From: Alphaproteobacteria bacterium
GTDB taxonomy: Bacteria > Pseudomonadota > Alphaproteobacteria > Bin95
Assembly: GCA_964291285.2 (NCBI GenBank)
Contig: OZ219788.1
Span: 640,001 to 704,000 of the forward strand
Direction: 5' to 3'
Length of the DNA stretch: 64,000 nt
In this document: positions 17,943 to 28,800 of the stretch, piece by piece
How positions within the stretch are numbered: position 1 is the first letter of the stretch
Layout of the letters: each line of letters begins with the position of its first letter
Notes under the pieces: model-generated
What the model saw: the letters and a program-made list of their open reading frames with translations, nothing else
Told to the model about the DNA's origin: nothing
The model's database searches: none
Position numbers and translations under genes: made by a program

Positions 17943-20669
17943 TCAGAACCCGTATTTCGAGCGGCGCATCTCGAAGGCGTTCCTGCCGCCTTCCAGCGTC
18001 TCCTCGACCAGTTCACGGACAGCTTCCGAGTCGATGGATCCCATATGCTCGGGCGCGATATTCGCTTGACCGCCGCCGGCCTCGCCGGACGCGGCGAGGC
18101 CGAGGATCAGTTCGGCGTCGCCGAGGACGGGAATGTTGGCGTTATGCGTCGAGAAAACGAACTGCCGCCGCCGCTTCTCGCGCCGCACGATCGGAACGAT
18201 CCTCTCGGCGATGAACCTGTTGTCGAGATCGTCTTCAGGCTGGTCGATCACCAGAGGCGCCTCGGCGTCGAGCAGCAGAAGCAGCAGGACCGCCGTCGCC
18301 TTCTGCCCCTTGGAGAGCGCTTCCAGCGGGCGCCATGCCTCCGGTTCGCCCTTGGGAGCCGTGTTCAATTCGATATGGGTTGTCGCGGGTAGTTCGAGCT
18401 CCTCGATTTTCATGTGCAGGTCCCGGCCGGCGTCGGCGATCCGTTCCGCAGCGCCCGGCGGGAGGTCGTAAGTCGAGATCAGGGAGTCCTTGCCTTCCCG
18501 GCAGCATTGCGAAAGCCCGGGCAGCGATAACGGGTCGGACTTGTGCAGGCGCTCAAGCGCGGCCGCAAGGTTTCCCCCGACGACCGTCCGAAGCAGATTT
18601 TCCAGAGGTTCGCGGTCGCCCGCCATTCTGACTTCGACCTTGACCTGCTGGCGGAGCTTGCCGTTTATCTCCTTCGCCGCCTTCGCCAGCGCACGATATT
18701 CCCGTGCCTTGATATCCTCCCATTCCGAAACCAGATCGCGGCGGTGCGCTTCGTGCATCTCCATATCCTTGCGGAGATGTTCCAGCCGGTCCTTCAGCGG
18801 GCGCAGATATTCGAGCTGCTTGCGCAGCTCGATGAATTCCGCGCCGTCGATGCCGGATTTCTGGTGATCGCGCAGCAGTTTTTCATACGCGCTTTCGATA
18901 GCGCCGCGCCGCTCGTCCCAGCGTTCCCGGATATCTGTAATCGCCGCATCGGCCTCGGTCAGGGCAGCGGCGAACCCGGCGCGGGCCTCGTCGAGCCGTG
19001 CGCCCAGGGTTTGCAGGACATCGCCCGTCTCGCGCAAGATATCCGCGTTCGGCAGAGAGGCCAGCGCCCTGGCGGAAACGAATGCGGCGTCGATGGGAAG
19101 ATCCTCCCCCAACGCCCTGAGCAACGCCCGAAAGGGTTCGAGCCGTTCGTCCAGAATCGAGAACAGCCGCTCCTCCCTGACGAGGAGGCTTCGCTCCCTG
19201 AACCGCTCTTCCAGCCCCGCTTCGCGAAAGCGCTTCTGTGTCTCTTCCAGGCCGGGCAGGGCGTCAAGCCGGGCCATCAATTCCTCGATTTCCCGCCAGG
19301 TTTCCACGATACGCAGGCGCGATTTCTCGAGCACCAACCTCATTTCCGCCTTGTGGGCCGAGAGCGATGCATCGCGTCCCGCACGGCGCTCGATAAAGCT
19401 TGTCAGTCTTTCCGGGCTCCCTGTCAGTTCGGAGATTTCGTGCTGGCCGAACACCTGCGCGCCCGGCATCAGCTCTCTCGGCGCCATGGCCAGCAGGTTG
19501 CCCGCATCGTCCCTGACGACCGGCGGATTGGGCACGGTGCGCTCGATTGCATAATGCGCTTCGGACGGGTGATGCGAGCGGACCAGAAGCGAGACCTTCG
19601 TTCCCGGTTTCAGGACATGCCTGACCGTCTCTTCATGCATCTTGCGCGCCTCGTCCCCCAGGGGGTCGAGGCCGAGCGCGTAGCGTATGCTCTCGATCAC
19701 CGTGGACTTGCCGGTGCCGCGGCCGCCGATCAACGTGTTGAGATTGCCGTTGAAGCGAACGGACACGCCGTCCAGAAACCCGCCTTCCCACGCTGCGGCG
19801 ACCAGTTCGGCATGGGGTTCAGACGGTGGGTCGCTGTGCAACCGGATTCGCGACCACGAATCGAGGAACGCCTGGCGGAATGCCTCGACCGAGACTTTCG
19901 ACATCTTGATGAAGCAGGATGCGCTGTCTTTCTCCAGATCCGCCGGGTCGTTGACATCCGAGGCGTTGACAACCGCTACCGCGCGGGTGCGCCGGTGCTG
20001 GGGATCCTTGTTCTCAAGGATTCGTCGGATCCCATCCGGCGCCTTCACGGTCGCTCCCGGCAGCGCGCAGGCAAGCAGATCCGGCGAGGTCCAGGCATTG
20101 ATCCGGGGCTGCCCGCTGAGGGTTTTCAGCAATCCGCCATTGGAAGCCACATGCGCGGCGATGGCGACCGCGCCCCACTCACGCGCCTTCGCCAGTAATT
20201 CAAGAGAGTCGAGGCTTCCCACGGGAGAAGCTGCGCTCGAATCGTGGACGCCGCAGTCCCCGATCACTCTTTCCAGCCTTGCTTCCTGCTCCGGGTCGAA
20301 AATGCAAAGGAAATGGACGCCGTCCTTCGTAACCGCCTCGAAGCCGGTGAACGCGAAAAGGCCGGCCTCGCGGCAGGCCCGCAAGAGCGCCCGGGACGTC
20401 TCGACGCGGTAGTGGTCGGTGACCGCCACGACTTCGATACCGGCCTTGCAACAAGCCCGGACGATCGCCGCATTGTAGTCCGCCTCCGAACGGAAGTTGG
20501 TCGATTTGCCGTGGCGCTCGAGATAGGCGAACGGATTGACCTGCAGGGCGCAGCGGTAGAAGCGCGCGCCGTTCGGCAGCAGCCGGGCGGCTTCCAATGG
20601 CTCGGATCCTGCAATTGTCGGACTGGTCGCCGCCTTCGTCTTGCGTTGTCTCTCGCCGCTGGTGCGCAT
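17943..20669 (-). CDS. PHP-domain + ABC/SMC-like ATPase fusion (Ppl/TrlF-like)
   Basis: PHP-like AVTDHY, GFE...VHFLCIF, AAHV, NASD. ATPase GGRGTGKS, coiled coil, LSKGQK, LVIDQPEDDLD, STHNAN. Confidence 0.85.
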   Translation of the reverse strand: MRTSGERQRKTKAATSPTIAGSEPLEAARLLPNGARFYRCALQVNPFAYLERHGKSTNFRSEADYNAAIVRACCKAGIEVVAVTDHYRVETSRALLRACREAGLFAFTGFEAVTKDGVHFLCIFDPEQEARLERVIGDCGVHDSSAASPVGSLDSLELLAKAREWGAVAIAAHVASNGGLLKTLSGQPRINAWTSPDLLACALPGATVKAPDGIRRILENKDPQHRRTRAVAVVNASDVNDPADLEKDSASCFIKMSKVSVEAFRQAFLDSWSRIRLHSDPPSEPHAELVAAAWEGGFLDGVSVRFNGNLNTLIGGRGTGKSTVIESIRYALGLDPLGDEARKMHEETVRHVLKPGTKVSLLVRSHHPSEAHYAIERTVPNPPVVRDDAGNLLAMAPRELMPGAQVFGQHEISELTGSPERLTSFIERRAGRDASLSAHKAEMRLVLEKSRLRIVETWREIEELMARLDALPGLEETQKRFREAGLEERFRERSLLVREERLFSILDERLEPFRALLRALGEDLPIDAAFVSARALASLPNADILRETGDVLQTLGARLDEARAGFAAALTEADAAITDIRERWDERRGAIESAYEKLLRDHQKSGIDGAEFIELRKQLEYLRPLKDRLEHLRKDMEMHEAHRRDLVSEWEDIKAREYRALAKAAKEINGKLRQQVKVEVRMAGDREPLENLLRTVVGGNLAAALERLHKSDPLSLPGLSQCCREGKDSLISTYDLPPGAAERIADAGRDLHMKIEELELPATTHIELNTAPKGEPEAWRPLEALSKGQKATAVLLLLLLDAEAPLVIDQPEDDLDNRFIAERIVPIVRREKRRRQFVFSTHNANIPVLGDAELILGLAASGEAGGGQANIAPEHMGSIDSEAVRELVEETLEGGRNAFEMRRSKYGF

Positions 20670-20670
20670 G

Positions 20671-23600
20671 TTAGACTTCCAGCCTTGCCTGGCGCGGGGC
20701 GGCGAGGCCGGCGCGGGTGGCGAGGTGGTTGGAGAGGGATTCGAGGATCGCGCGTTCCTCCGAGCCGGCTGGCGCCAGTTCGATCAGCGCCTGCAGCAGC
20801 CGCGCGAACAGGGCGTGGCGCGCGAGGCCGCTGTCGTCGATATAGGCGTTCACCTTCGCCTCGTCGCCCGCGCGCCAGAGCTGCATCAGCCGGTGCGCCC
20901 GGTCGATCAGCGGCGCGGGGCGCCCGCCCGGACCTTCGAGTCCCAGCCCTCTGGCCTTGCGCCGGTTCCAGGGCAGCAGCTTCGCCTTGCCGCCCCCGCC
21001 GCCGGCACCCGCAGCGCCGCCGCCGTCCTCGTCTTCCTCGCCGGTCCCGTCGTCATCTGATTCGTCGGATTGGACGCGGCCAGGTCGTGACAGGATGGCG
21101 AATCGGTCGGAGAGGTCGCGGTCGGACAGGTTGCAGGACAGCGCATAGAGGATGCAGGCCCCGGCGGGGGCCTCGCCCAGGCCGAAATCGCCGCGGTGCA
21201 GCAGGTAATAGGTCGTCACATCATCGAGGCCGCGCACCGCCTCGGGGTCGCCGTCGCCGGTCAGCACCCGGCCGACGACGAAATCGACCACCATGCGGCG
21301 CACCTCGCGCAGGAATTCGGAGACCGCCATGGTCTCGCCGGGCGCATCGGCCTTCTTCACCGCCGGATGCCGGGAGAAGGCTTCGAGCGCCGGCCCCGTC
21401 GCGGCCCACACGAAGTCCGGCCCGCGGATGCCGGCATCCCAGAAGCCGCGCAGCCGCCGCACGATGTTCTCGCGCATCTCGGCCAGCACCGCGCTGTCCC
21501 AGCCCGGCCGGGCCGGCGGGCGCTTGCGGCAGACGAGCCAGACCGAGGAGGCGAGGGCGGCAGAGGACAGCGAACGCTGCCGGGTCTGCATCTCGGTCTG
21601 GATCGGCCAGGAGCCGGTGACGACGAACCCGGCGCGGATCAGCGCCGCGACCAGGGTCTCCCAGGCGTCGGGGGACTTGTTCGCGAAGACGACGACCAGC
21701 CGGCCCTCCGGCTTCAGCGCCTCGTGGCAGGCCTGGAAGGCGCGGGCCATGCCGTCTTCATAGGCCTGCTTGGACGCCGCCCGGTCGCCGCCGAACCGGC
21801 TGGCGTCGTCGATCAGTTCGCCGTCGCTGCCGGCCGCATTCCATTTCGGGCCGAGAGGGTCGGCGAACGCCGGTTCGGCGTCCGGCACGACGCCATGCAG
21901 CGCCCGGCGCAGCCAGACATGGAAGAAATCCATCAGGTCCGAATAGGGGATGGCGTCGTAATAGGGCGGGTCCGTGACGATGGCGTCGAAACCGCCGGGA
22001 ACGGATGCGAGGGCCGACTGCCGCAGCACCGTTACGCTGGGCGCGCCGTTTGTCGCGTCTTGCAGATGTTCGACGACGCGGGCGATCCACTCGACGGCCT
22101 GGACGAAGCCGCCGGTGGTGTCGGCTAGCGGACAGGATTCGGCGAAGTCCCAGACGACGGGCAGCGCGAAACGAGCGAACGTGCTGCGGATTTTCTCCGG
22201 GTCGTTGGTCCAGGTCGCAAGCGCGCTGCCCCGGTCGGCGAGGCGGCCGAGCGACGGGGCCAGACAGGCCAGGATAGCCTCCCGCCATTCTGGCGGGAGG
22301 TCCGCCATCGCGTCGGCGCACCGGCGCATCTCCCGCAGCACCGAACCCAGCGCCAGAAGCTGCCGGTCGGTGAACAGCTTGCCCCAGCGGTCGAGGCCGT
22401 AATTCTCCACCGAGAAGGCGCGGGCAGCGCCCCGCCCCTGGCGCGGTGTTAGCTCCATCGGCAGCCCGAAGGGAATGTCGGCATACAGCGCTTCCAGTTC
22501 GTCGGCGGAGACTTCCGCGGCGCGCAGTTCCTCGTCTTGCGGCAGCCGGTATTCCTTGCCCTTCGGCCCGTCCACGACCACGGCGGTCATGATAGCGCCC
22601 AGCCGCCCGGCGCGGCCTTCGAGGCGGATATCCTCCATGGTCATGATCGTTGGGCAGCAAGGGCAGCGCGCACCGCTGCGGCTCATCGTGCCTGCGCCGA
22701 GCCGTTTGTCGTGCTCGCGCTGCTGCGCCGCATTGCCGCCAGCCCGTGGCACGTCGGTCTCGACGCCGAAATCGACGCCGGTGCCGTCCGCGTTCGACGC
22801 CATCGTGAGCAGGATACGCTTGTTGTCCTTCTTGCAGAGCCAGCGCGTCTTGAGCAGGGGCAATGTCGCCCGGCAGCCCTTGCAGCGCACCGTGCGCGCC
22901 CACAGATACGCCACTGTCGGTTTCGGCACCCAGCGCGGGTTGCGCGGGTCCTCCAGATGTGCCCCGTCGAACCTGTCGTTCAATGGCCCGGCGTCAGTCT
23001 CGCCCCTTTCATCCGGCGCCAGCAGCGCGAGCGGCCGTTCCTCACAGGACTTGCCGCCGGGCACGAGCGCCTGGAATTCGGCATAGGTGGGATAGCGCTC
23101 CGCCAGCGCCGCGCGGACGCGGGCCAGCACATATCGGCCCCAGGCGCGCAACTGCCAGGCGAGGTCGGCCTGGAGAAGATCGCCGCCGGTTTCCGGGGCG
23201 TCGTCGAGCAGCCCCGGCTCCGCATCGCCAGCGTCCTCGCCTAGGCCGAGCGCGGCAAGTTGGCGGGCCAGGGCCTTGCCCTTGAACCCCCTGGCCTTGA
23301 GGAACGCCGCCATGAAGTCGCTGTCGGCGCGCGCAAAATCAGGCAGCGGGAGGGCCTCGCCAGCAAGGCGGTACGGATAGTCGAGCGTGCATTTCAGGAT
23401 GAACCAGGCGACCGGGTTGATGTCGATGGCGGTGGCCTCGCAGCCCAGCCGCATCGCCTCCAACGGAATCGCGCCGCCGCCGGCGAACGGGTCCAGCACC
23501 CTGGGCGCGCGTCCGCCATGGGCCTGGCGGATGCGCTCGCGGAACCATTGCAGGTCCGGGCCGTCCTCGCGCCCCCAGTGCAGCAGGCCGCCTGAGGTCT

Positions 23601-23892
23601 CGCGTCGGTGCTGATCCAACGCGCGGCCGCCGCGGCGTTCGGCCTTGACCGTCTCGATGACCTCGCCCGCCAGCCGGCTGTAGAGGGCCTGCCGTGCCGC
23701 CGCATCACCGGGATCGGGCAGCAGCGTCGCCACCAGCGCCGCCCGGCACGCCGCCAAGGGTCGCCGCGCCGGCCAGATATGCAGGGTCGAGATATGCCCG
23801 TGCCGGACGTTCTTCTCATGCACGGAGTCGATCGAGACCCGCTCCAGCGGAAAATCCACCTCGATCAGGCGGGTGTCGCGCTCGGCGGTCAT
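20671..23892 (-). CDS. DUF1156 family adenine-specific DNA methyltransferase (system 1)
   Basis: LIEVDFP...RHGHISTLHIWPARRPLAACRA, VLDPFAGGGAIP (motif I), AYLWARTVRCKGC, TDPPYYD (motif IV). Confidence 0.9.
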   Translation of the reverse strand: MTAERDTRLIEVDFPLERVSIDSVHEKNVRHGHISTLHIWPARRPLAACRAALVATLLPDPGDAAARQALYSRLAGEVIETVKAERRGGRALDQHRRETSGGLLHWGREDGPDLQWFRERIRQAHGGRAPRVLDPFAGGGAIPLEAMRLGCEATAIDINPVAWFILKCTLDYPYRLAGEALPLPDFARADSDFMAAFLKARGFKGKALARQLAALGLGEDAGDAEPGLLDDAPETGGDLLQADLAWQLRAWGRYVLARVRAALAERYPTYAEFQALVPGGKSCEERPLALLAPDERGETDAGPLNDRFDGAHLEDPRNPRWVPKPTVAYLWARTVRCKGCRATLPLLKTRWLCKKDNKRILLTMASNADGTGVDFGVETDVPRAGGNAAQQREHDKRLGAGTMSRSGARCPCCPTIMTMEDIRLEGRAGRLGAIMTAVVVDGPKGKEYRLPQDEELRAAEVSADELEALYADIPFGLPMELTPRQGRGAARAFSVENYGLDRWGKLFTDRQLLALGSVLREMRRCADAMADLPPEWREAILACLAPSLGRLADRGSALATWTNDPEKIRSTFARFALPVVWDFAESCPLADTTGGFVQAVEWIARVVEHLQDATNGAPSVTVLRQSALASVPGGFDAIVTDPPYYDAIPYSDLMDFFHVWLRRALHGVVPDAEPAFADPLGPKWNAAGSDGELIDDASRFGGDRAASKQAYEDGMARAFQACHEALKPEGRLVVVFANKSPDAWETLVAALIRAGFVVTGSWPIQTEMQTRQRSLSSAALASSVWLVCRKRPPARPGWDSAVLAEMRENIVRRLRGFWDAGIRGPDFVWAATGPALEAFSRHPAVKKADAPGETMAVSEFLREVRRMVVDFVVGRVLTGDGDPEAVRGLDDVTTYYLLHRGDFGLGEAPAGACILYALSCNLSDRDLSDRFAILSRPGRVQSDESDDDGTGEEDEDGGGAAGAGGGGGKAKLLPWNRRKARGLGLEGPGGRPAPLIDRAHRLMQLWRAGDEAKVNAYIDDSGLARHALFARLLQALIELAPAGSEERAILESLSNHLATRAGLAAPRQARLEV

Positions 23893-23959
23893 GGGGCGGC
23901 GCCGCGCGGCTGTGCGGGTCCGGTCGGCCCGGTGATGATCAGAATCTTGCGGCGCGCGG

Positions 23960-25894
23960 TCATACGCCAATCCCTGTTTCGAGCAGTTGCGCGCCTTTGA
24001 CCGGATTCGGTCTTCTAGGACCCAGCTCGTGGATGAAGCGTGAGGTAATGGTCGGAACAACATTCTTTCGACCGGTTATACGCACTTTAAGTTGATAAGC
24101 CAAGTTTCGAGGCAAGTGTGTGACGCTCGACAGAATTAGTGTATCACGTGAACGAGTCACGGCAACATAGAACAGTCGCCGTTGTTCTTCGAGATCCTTG
24201 TTCTTCTCTGCCTCCGATAGCGAATCACCAACGTGTGAAGTTAGTCCTTCAACACAACCCATCACGATTACGAGATCGGCGGTCAGACCCTTTGATTTGT
24301 GCAGACTCATTACGCGAACATAATTGACATCTGTCGGCAATTCAGGTTGGGTGATGCGTGTGCGAAGTATATCCAGGAGAGATTTGGCATCGGCACCCTC
24401 AGGAAGACTAGAAGTCAGTTCGCGAAGCTCCTCAAAGTCGGAGTCGTCCGCTGGAAACAATGCATCCACAAAAGCTTGGCCAACCAAATTCTCAAGAACC
24501 TGTAGCCGCTGTCGAAGTTCAGAAAGCCTGTCGCGGAGAGAGTTGCCATAACACAACGAAATGCGCTCATCCCGAATGCCTTCAAGCACATCCGTTAGGG
24601 AATGGTCCGGTTGCTGACACAATTCGCGAATCCGTCCCCAAGCGGGGGCGTGAAGAGAGTGATTGCCGAAACCGCACCAGCAGCGAAGCGCTGCTGCGTC
24701 AGTTGGATCGGCCGCAAGCGTCAAAAGGGTAAATACCTGCTGCTTCTTGCTACCGTCCCTGCTCTTTGGATCGCCTTCGAGCGCCTGTTCCTGAAAGAAG
24801 CTGTGGGCCGGCACATCTAGCGCCGTCAAGGCATCACGAACCGCATAGCCGAACACCCGGCGTGGAGCGAGAACGAGAACCCGACCGGGATGGACTCGTT
24901 CATCGACGATACGCTGTCGGATGAATTGAGCTAACCCGTTCGCCTCCGCCTCGATATCTGTCCATTGGACGATATGGACTTCCCCTTGGCCGTTTTCCAC
25001 ATGCGGCAACAGAGATCGATTGACTCTATCGTTATTGTTGCTGATTAATTCATTGGCCGGTGCGACAATTGTGGTTGGGCACCGCCGAAATACCTCCAAC
25101 GTTTCGTCTGCAGTTCCGGTATTTCTCAGGTCAAACTCCTCGATCCCTTCCGGGTGTGCGCACTTGAAAGAATAGATCGATTGATCTTCGTCACCAATAA
25201 CTGTCAACTTCGCGTCTATGGCAAGTAGATCGATCACCTCCTGCTCGGCGACGTTCAGGTCTTGATACTCGTCAACGAGAATCTCCGTGAACTGATCAAA
25301 GTCCCGTGCCGCGGGGTTGTTCCGAAGATAACGCAAGACTTCCGGTACAAGTTCGCCGATCAACATTGCCCCATGAAAGCGCAACCAATCAAGAAGCGCG
25401 GCTTGGAAAGCCTTATCCGTTGCATCGTTTGGCCAACCTGGCTGCTCGTCTTGGAGTCTCGCCCAAGCCGCCTCAAAGGCCATGAGCCGTTTCCGCTTGC
25501 CGTGGATCGTGCCGAAGGCGTTTCCCGGTAGATCCTCCAAGAGAAAGCGCCGCTCAAACTCCAATAGCGGCCGAGGAACCCGAGAGGTCGAAGCCAAAAC
25601 ATCATCTCGCATGAGGATTCCGAAACAATGGCCATGGATGGTAGTCGTTTTTACACTATCTGCTCCAGGCGCATTCAACGCAACGACGGCTTCTTTCAGA
25701 TCAGCCGCGGCTGTCCGAGTAAATGTACATACAAGAATGCGCTCTGGTTCGATTCCCTGCTCCAGGAAACGCGCGATCCGGCGCATCAACGTAAAAGTCT
25801 TGCCGGTGCCAGGGCCTGCACGTACACGCAGGGGTGATGCGTCTGACGCAGCAATGTTAAGCGCGGCACCGTGTAAATCGTCATTCCACGGCAT
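23960..25894 (-). CDS. UvrD/Rep superfamily 1 helicase (644 aa)
   Basis: AGPGTGKT, TFTRTAA, VDEYQD, IGDEDQSIYSF, MSLHKSKGL, EEQRRLFYVAVTR. TAATG-coupled to the SNF2 gene. AT-richer than neighbours. Confidence 0.9.
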   Translation of the reverse strand: MPWNDDLHGAALNIAASDASPLRVRAGPGTGKTFTLMRRIARFLEQGIEPERILVCTFTRTAAADLKEAVVALNAPGADSVKTTTIHGHCFGILMRDDVLASTSRVPRPLLEFERRFLLEDLPGNAFGTIHGKRKRLMAFEAAWARLQDEQPGWPNDATDKAFQAALLDWLRFHGAMLIGELVPEVLRYLRNNPAARDFDQFTEILVDEYQDLNVAEQEVIDLLAIDAKLTVIGDEDQSIYSFKCAHPEGIEEFDLRNTGTADETLEVFRRCPTTIVAPANELISNNNDRVNRSLLPHVENGQGEVHIVQWTDIEAEANGLAQFIRQRIVDERVHPGRVLVLAPRRVFGYAVRDALTALDVPAHSFFQEQALEGDPKSRDGSKKQQVFTLLTLAADPTDAAALRCWCGFGNHSLHAPAWGRIRELCQQPDHSLTDVLEGIRDERISLCYGNSLRDRLSELRQRLQVLENLVGQAFVDALFPADDSDFEELRELTSSLPEGADAKSLLDILRTRITQPELPTDVNYVRVMSLHKSKGLTADLVIVMGCVEGLTSHVGDSLSEAEKNKDLEEQRRLFYVAVTRSRDTLILSSVTHLPRNLAYQLKVRITGRKNVVPTITSRFIHELGPRRPNPVKGAQLLETGIGV

Positions 25895-28800
25895 TACGCC
25901 ACCCTCTCGTCCGTGCTTGCCGACAAGATTTCCGACGCCGAGATGACGACGCCGCCTTTCGTCCGGGCCAGCAGGCGGCCGAAGGGGTCGCGCACCCTGA
26001 CCAGGCGGGGGCGCGGCCCGGCGCAATCGAAGACGACATAGAGCCAGTAGCGCTCGCGCAGGTTGCAGGCCGCCGCCCATTCGTTTTCGCTCACTTCCAC
26101 CGCGCCCGATCCGGCGCGGCCCTTGACCTCTATGGCGCGGTCCTCGGCCGGCCCGCCCGCTCCGGCCGGGCGCAGCGAACGAAGGTCGAAGCCGGGCCAG
26201 TCGCCCAAGCCGGCGCGCCGCGCCAGCGCGGGCCGCGACACGTCTCGAACCGAAGCCCCCGCCGCTTCCTCATGGGCGCGCGCATGGGCCATGGCGATCG
26301 CCTCGACTTCGGCGTCGTGCCGCTGCCGCTCTTCCGGGTCACCGGTCGGCAGGACCAGTGCATGGGCGATCATCGCTGCCTCGCCGGGCCCGATCGAGGC
26401 AGGCTCCGCCTCCAGCGCCGCCAGATGGCAGCGCTGCTCCGCGACCAGGCGGTTCTGCTCTTCCTTCACGATGGCGAGCTCCGCTTGCGCTTGCGAATCG
26501 CCCTGGCGGGCCTCCCCGCTCATGCTCCGGCGCCTCGTCATCAATTCGGCGGTCTTGTAGTCGTAGCCGCGCGCGGTCCAACGGCGCCGTTCCGGCAGCG
26601 CCTCCTCAAGGCGCACGCGATGTTTCGCCGCCATGCGCAGTGCAGTCTCCTTCAGCGACGCCCTGGCGTTCTCCGTGAGCCTGTGCGCCGCGCGGGCCAG
26701 CGGTATGCTGCCGGGCGCGACGCCGCCAATGCCGCGCAACAAGAGCAGATGCTCCGGCGGGCAGGGCGAAACGGCGCCGTCGCTCTCCTGCCGCAGCCCG
26801 ACCGGGCGTATCTCGACCGTCTCCACCCGGTTCCGGCCGCGCCGCACCACCGAGACCCGGGCCAGGTGAAAGAGGTAGGGTTCCTCGGCGTGGGGATCGA
26901 CGAATATCGCGCCGCGCAGCGCCTCGCCGCCGTGGCGCGCCAGCAGAGCGGCGTGAAAGCACTCGAACACCGGCTCGCCGGGATGCATCCAGATGGTGTC
27001 GCCGCCAGATTCCGGACGCTGGAACGTCAACCGGCCCCGCATCGCTTCGGGGTAGACGTCCATCGCGGCGCGCATATCGTCGGCGGCGCGCGGGCGTTGG
27101 GGCACGAAGTCGAACACGCCGCCCGCGTCGCCCTCCAGCCGCAGGTCGATCAAGGGGGCCGCGGTCTCGACGAAGTGGCGGACATGGCCGGGGAGCAGGC
27201 GGCGATACTGTTCCCGCTCCATGGTCGCGTTGAGTTCGGGAAGGCGGGCGCGGACCTCGCCGCTGCCGTAGAGGCCACGCTCCCGCGCTTCAATGGCGAC
27301 CGCCCGTTCCGGCGTCAGATTGGCCTCGAACGCCTCGACAGCGGCGCGGGCGCCAGCCTCCGTCACCGCCTGCTCCAGATAGTCCTTGAGCGGCAGATTC
27401 TCGAACAGGTGCCCGACGACATCGAACACCTTGTCCGAGCGGAGTTCCTTGCGGATCGCCTCGAGCTTGTCGAGCAGCACCTTGAGGACCCGGCCTTCGC
27501 GCGTCTCCCCGGCGACCAGGTTGACGATCACCACCGGGTCGCGCGTCTGCCCGTAGCGGTGGATGCGCCCCATCCTCTGCTCCAGCCGCGCCGGGTTCCA
27601 GGGCAGGTCGTAATTCACCATCAGCCAGCAGAACTGGAGATTGATGCCCTCGCCGGCGGCATCGGTCGCGACCAGATAGCTGGCGCCGCCGCGCTCCGCC
27701 GGACGCCGGAACAGTTCCACCTGCGCCTCGCGCGCGCGGTAGTCCAGCCCGCCGTGGACCAGGGCGACCCGCCCGGCGAAGCCGAGACCTTCCAGGCGGC
27801 GCACCAGAAACGCCGCCGTGTCGCGGTGCTCGGTGAAGACGATGAGCTTCTCCCGGGCGAAGGCCGGATCGCCCATGACCGCGCGCAGCTTCTCGAACTT
27901 GGAGTCCTCGCCAGCTTCGGCGAGGCGGCGCGCCTGGAACAGAAGGACCTCGACCTCCGCCCGCTCCTCCCGGAGTTGCGTCAGGGTGAGCGCGGCGAAA
28001 CCGCCGAGCGCGGCCTCTTCGAATTCCTCGTGGCGCTCCCGTTCGCCGCTGTCGTCCGCCTCCTCGTCGGCGGTGCGGGATTCGAAGAAATCCGGTGTCT
28101 TACCGAGCCGGGTCTGGCCCCGCTCCAGCTCCTCGCTGCGGCCCGCCCGGACGAGCGCGACGGCCTCGTCCAGGCGGGCGAGGCGGCGCTCGAACGAGCG
28201 CATCACGGCATAGGTCGAGCTGGCGAGCCGACGCTGGAACACGCTCATCGCAAGACGGGCCGCGGAACGGTTCAGAATGCGCGCCTTGTTGTAGGTTTCC
28301 TCAATGTACTGCGTCGTCGCGTCGTAGAGTTCCTGCTCGGCCGGATTGAGCGCGTAGCTGAGGGTGTCGCACTTGCGTTGCGGGTAGAGGGGTCGGCCGT
28401 CGGCGTGGACCATCTCTTCCTTGGTGCGGCGGATGAAGTGGCGGCGGCGCTGCGCTTCGGGGAAGTCCGCGAACGCCTCGAAGGTCGCCAGCGCGTCCGG
28501 CGCGAGCAGGCGCCACAGGCAGTAGTAGGGGAAATCCTTGCCCATGTGCGGCGTCGCGGTCAGCAGCAGGATGTTCGGCGCCGACCAGCCCAGGCGCCAG
28601 CGCGCACAGTCTACGGGCAGGCCGGCCAGAGCTTCGGCGAGGCGGTAGCGGTCGGTCTTGCGGACTCGGAAATCCTGCTCGCGGGCGGCGGCCAGCTTGT
28701 GGGCCTCGTCGAACACCACGAGGTCATAGGGCCGCGCGGCACCCGATTCCACCGCCTCGCGAAGGCGCCCGAACATGCGCTCGCCGACAAGCGTGTCGAT

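Noticed and set aside
17943-25894. Gabija or complete BREX system
   Set aside because: No OLD/Toprim GajA and no PglZ, BrxL or BrxA/B; the core is the DUF499/DUF1156/SNF2 type.
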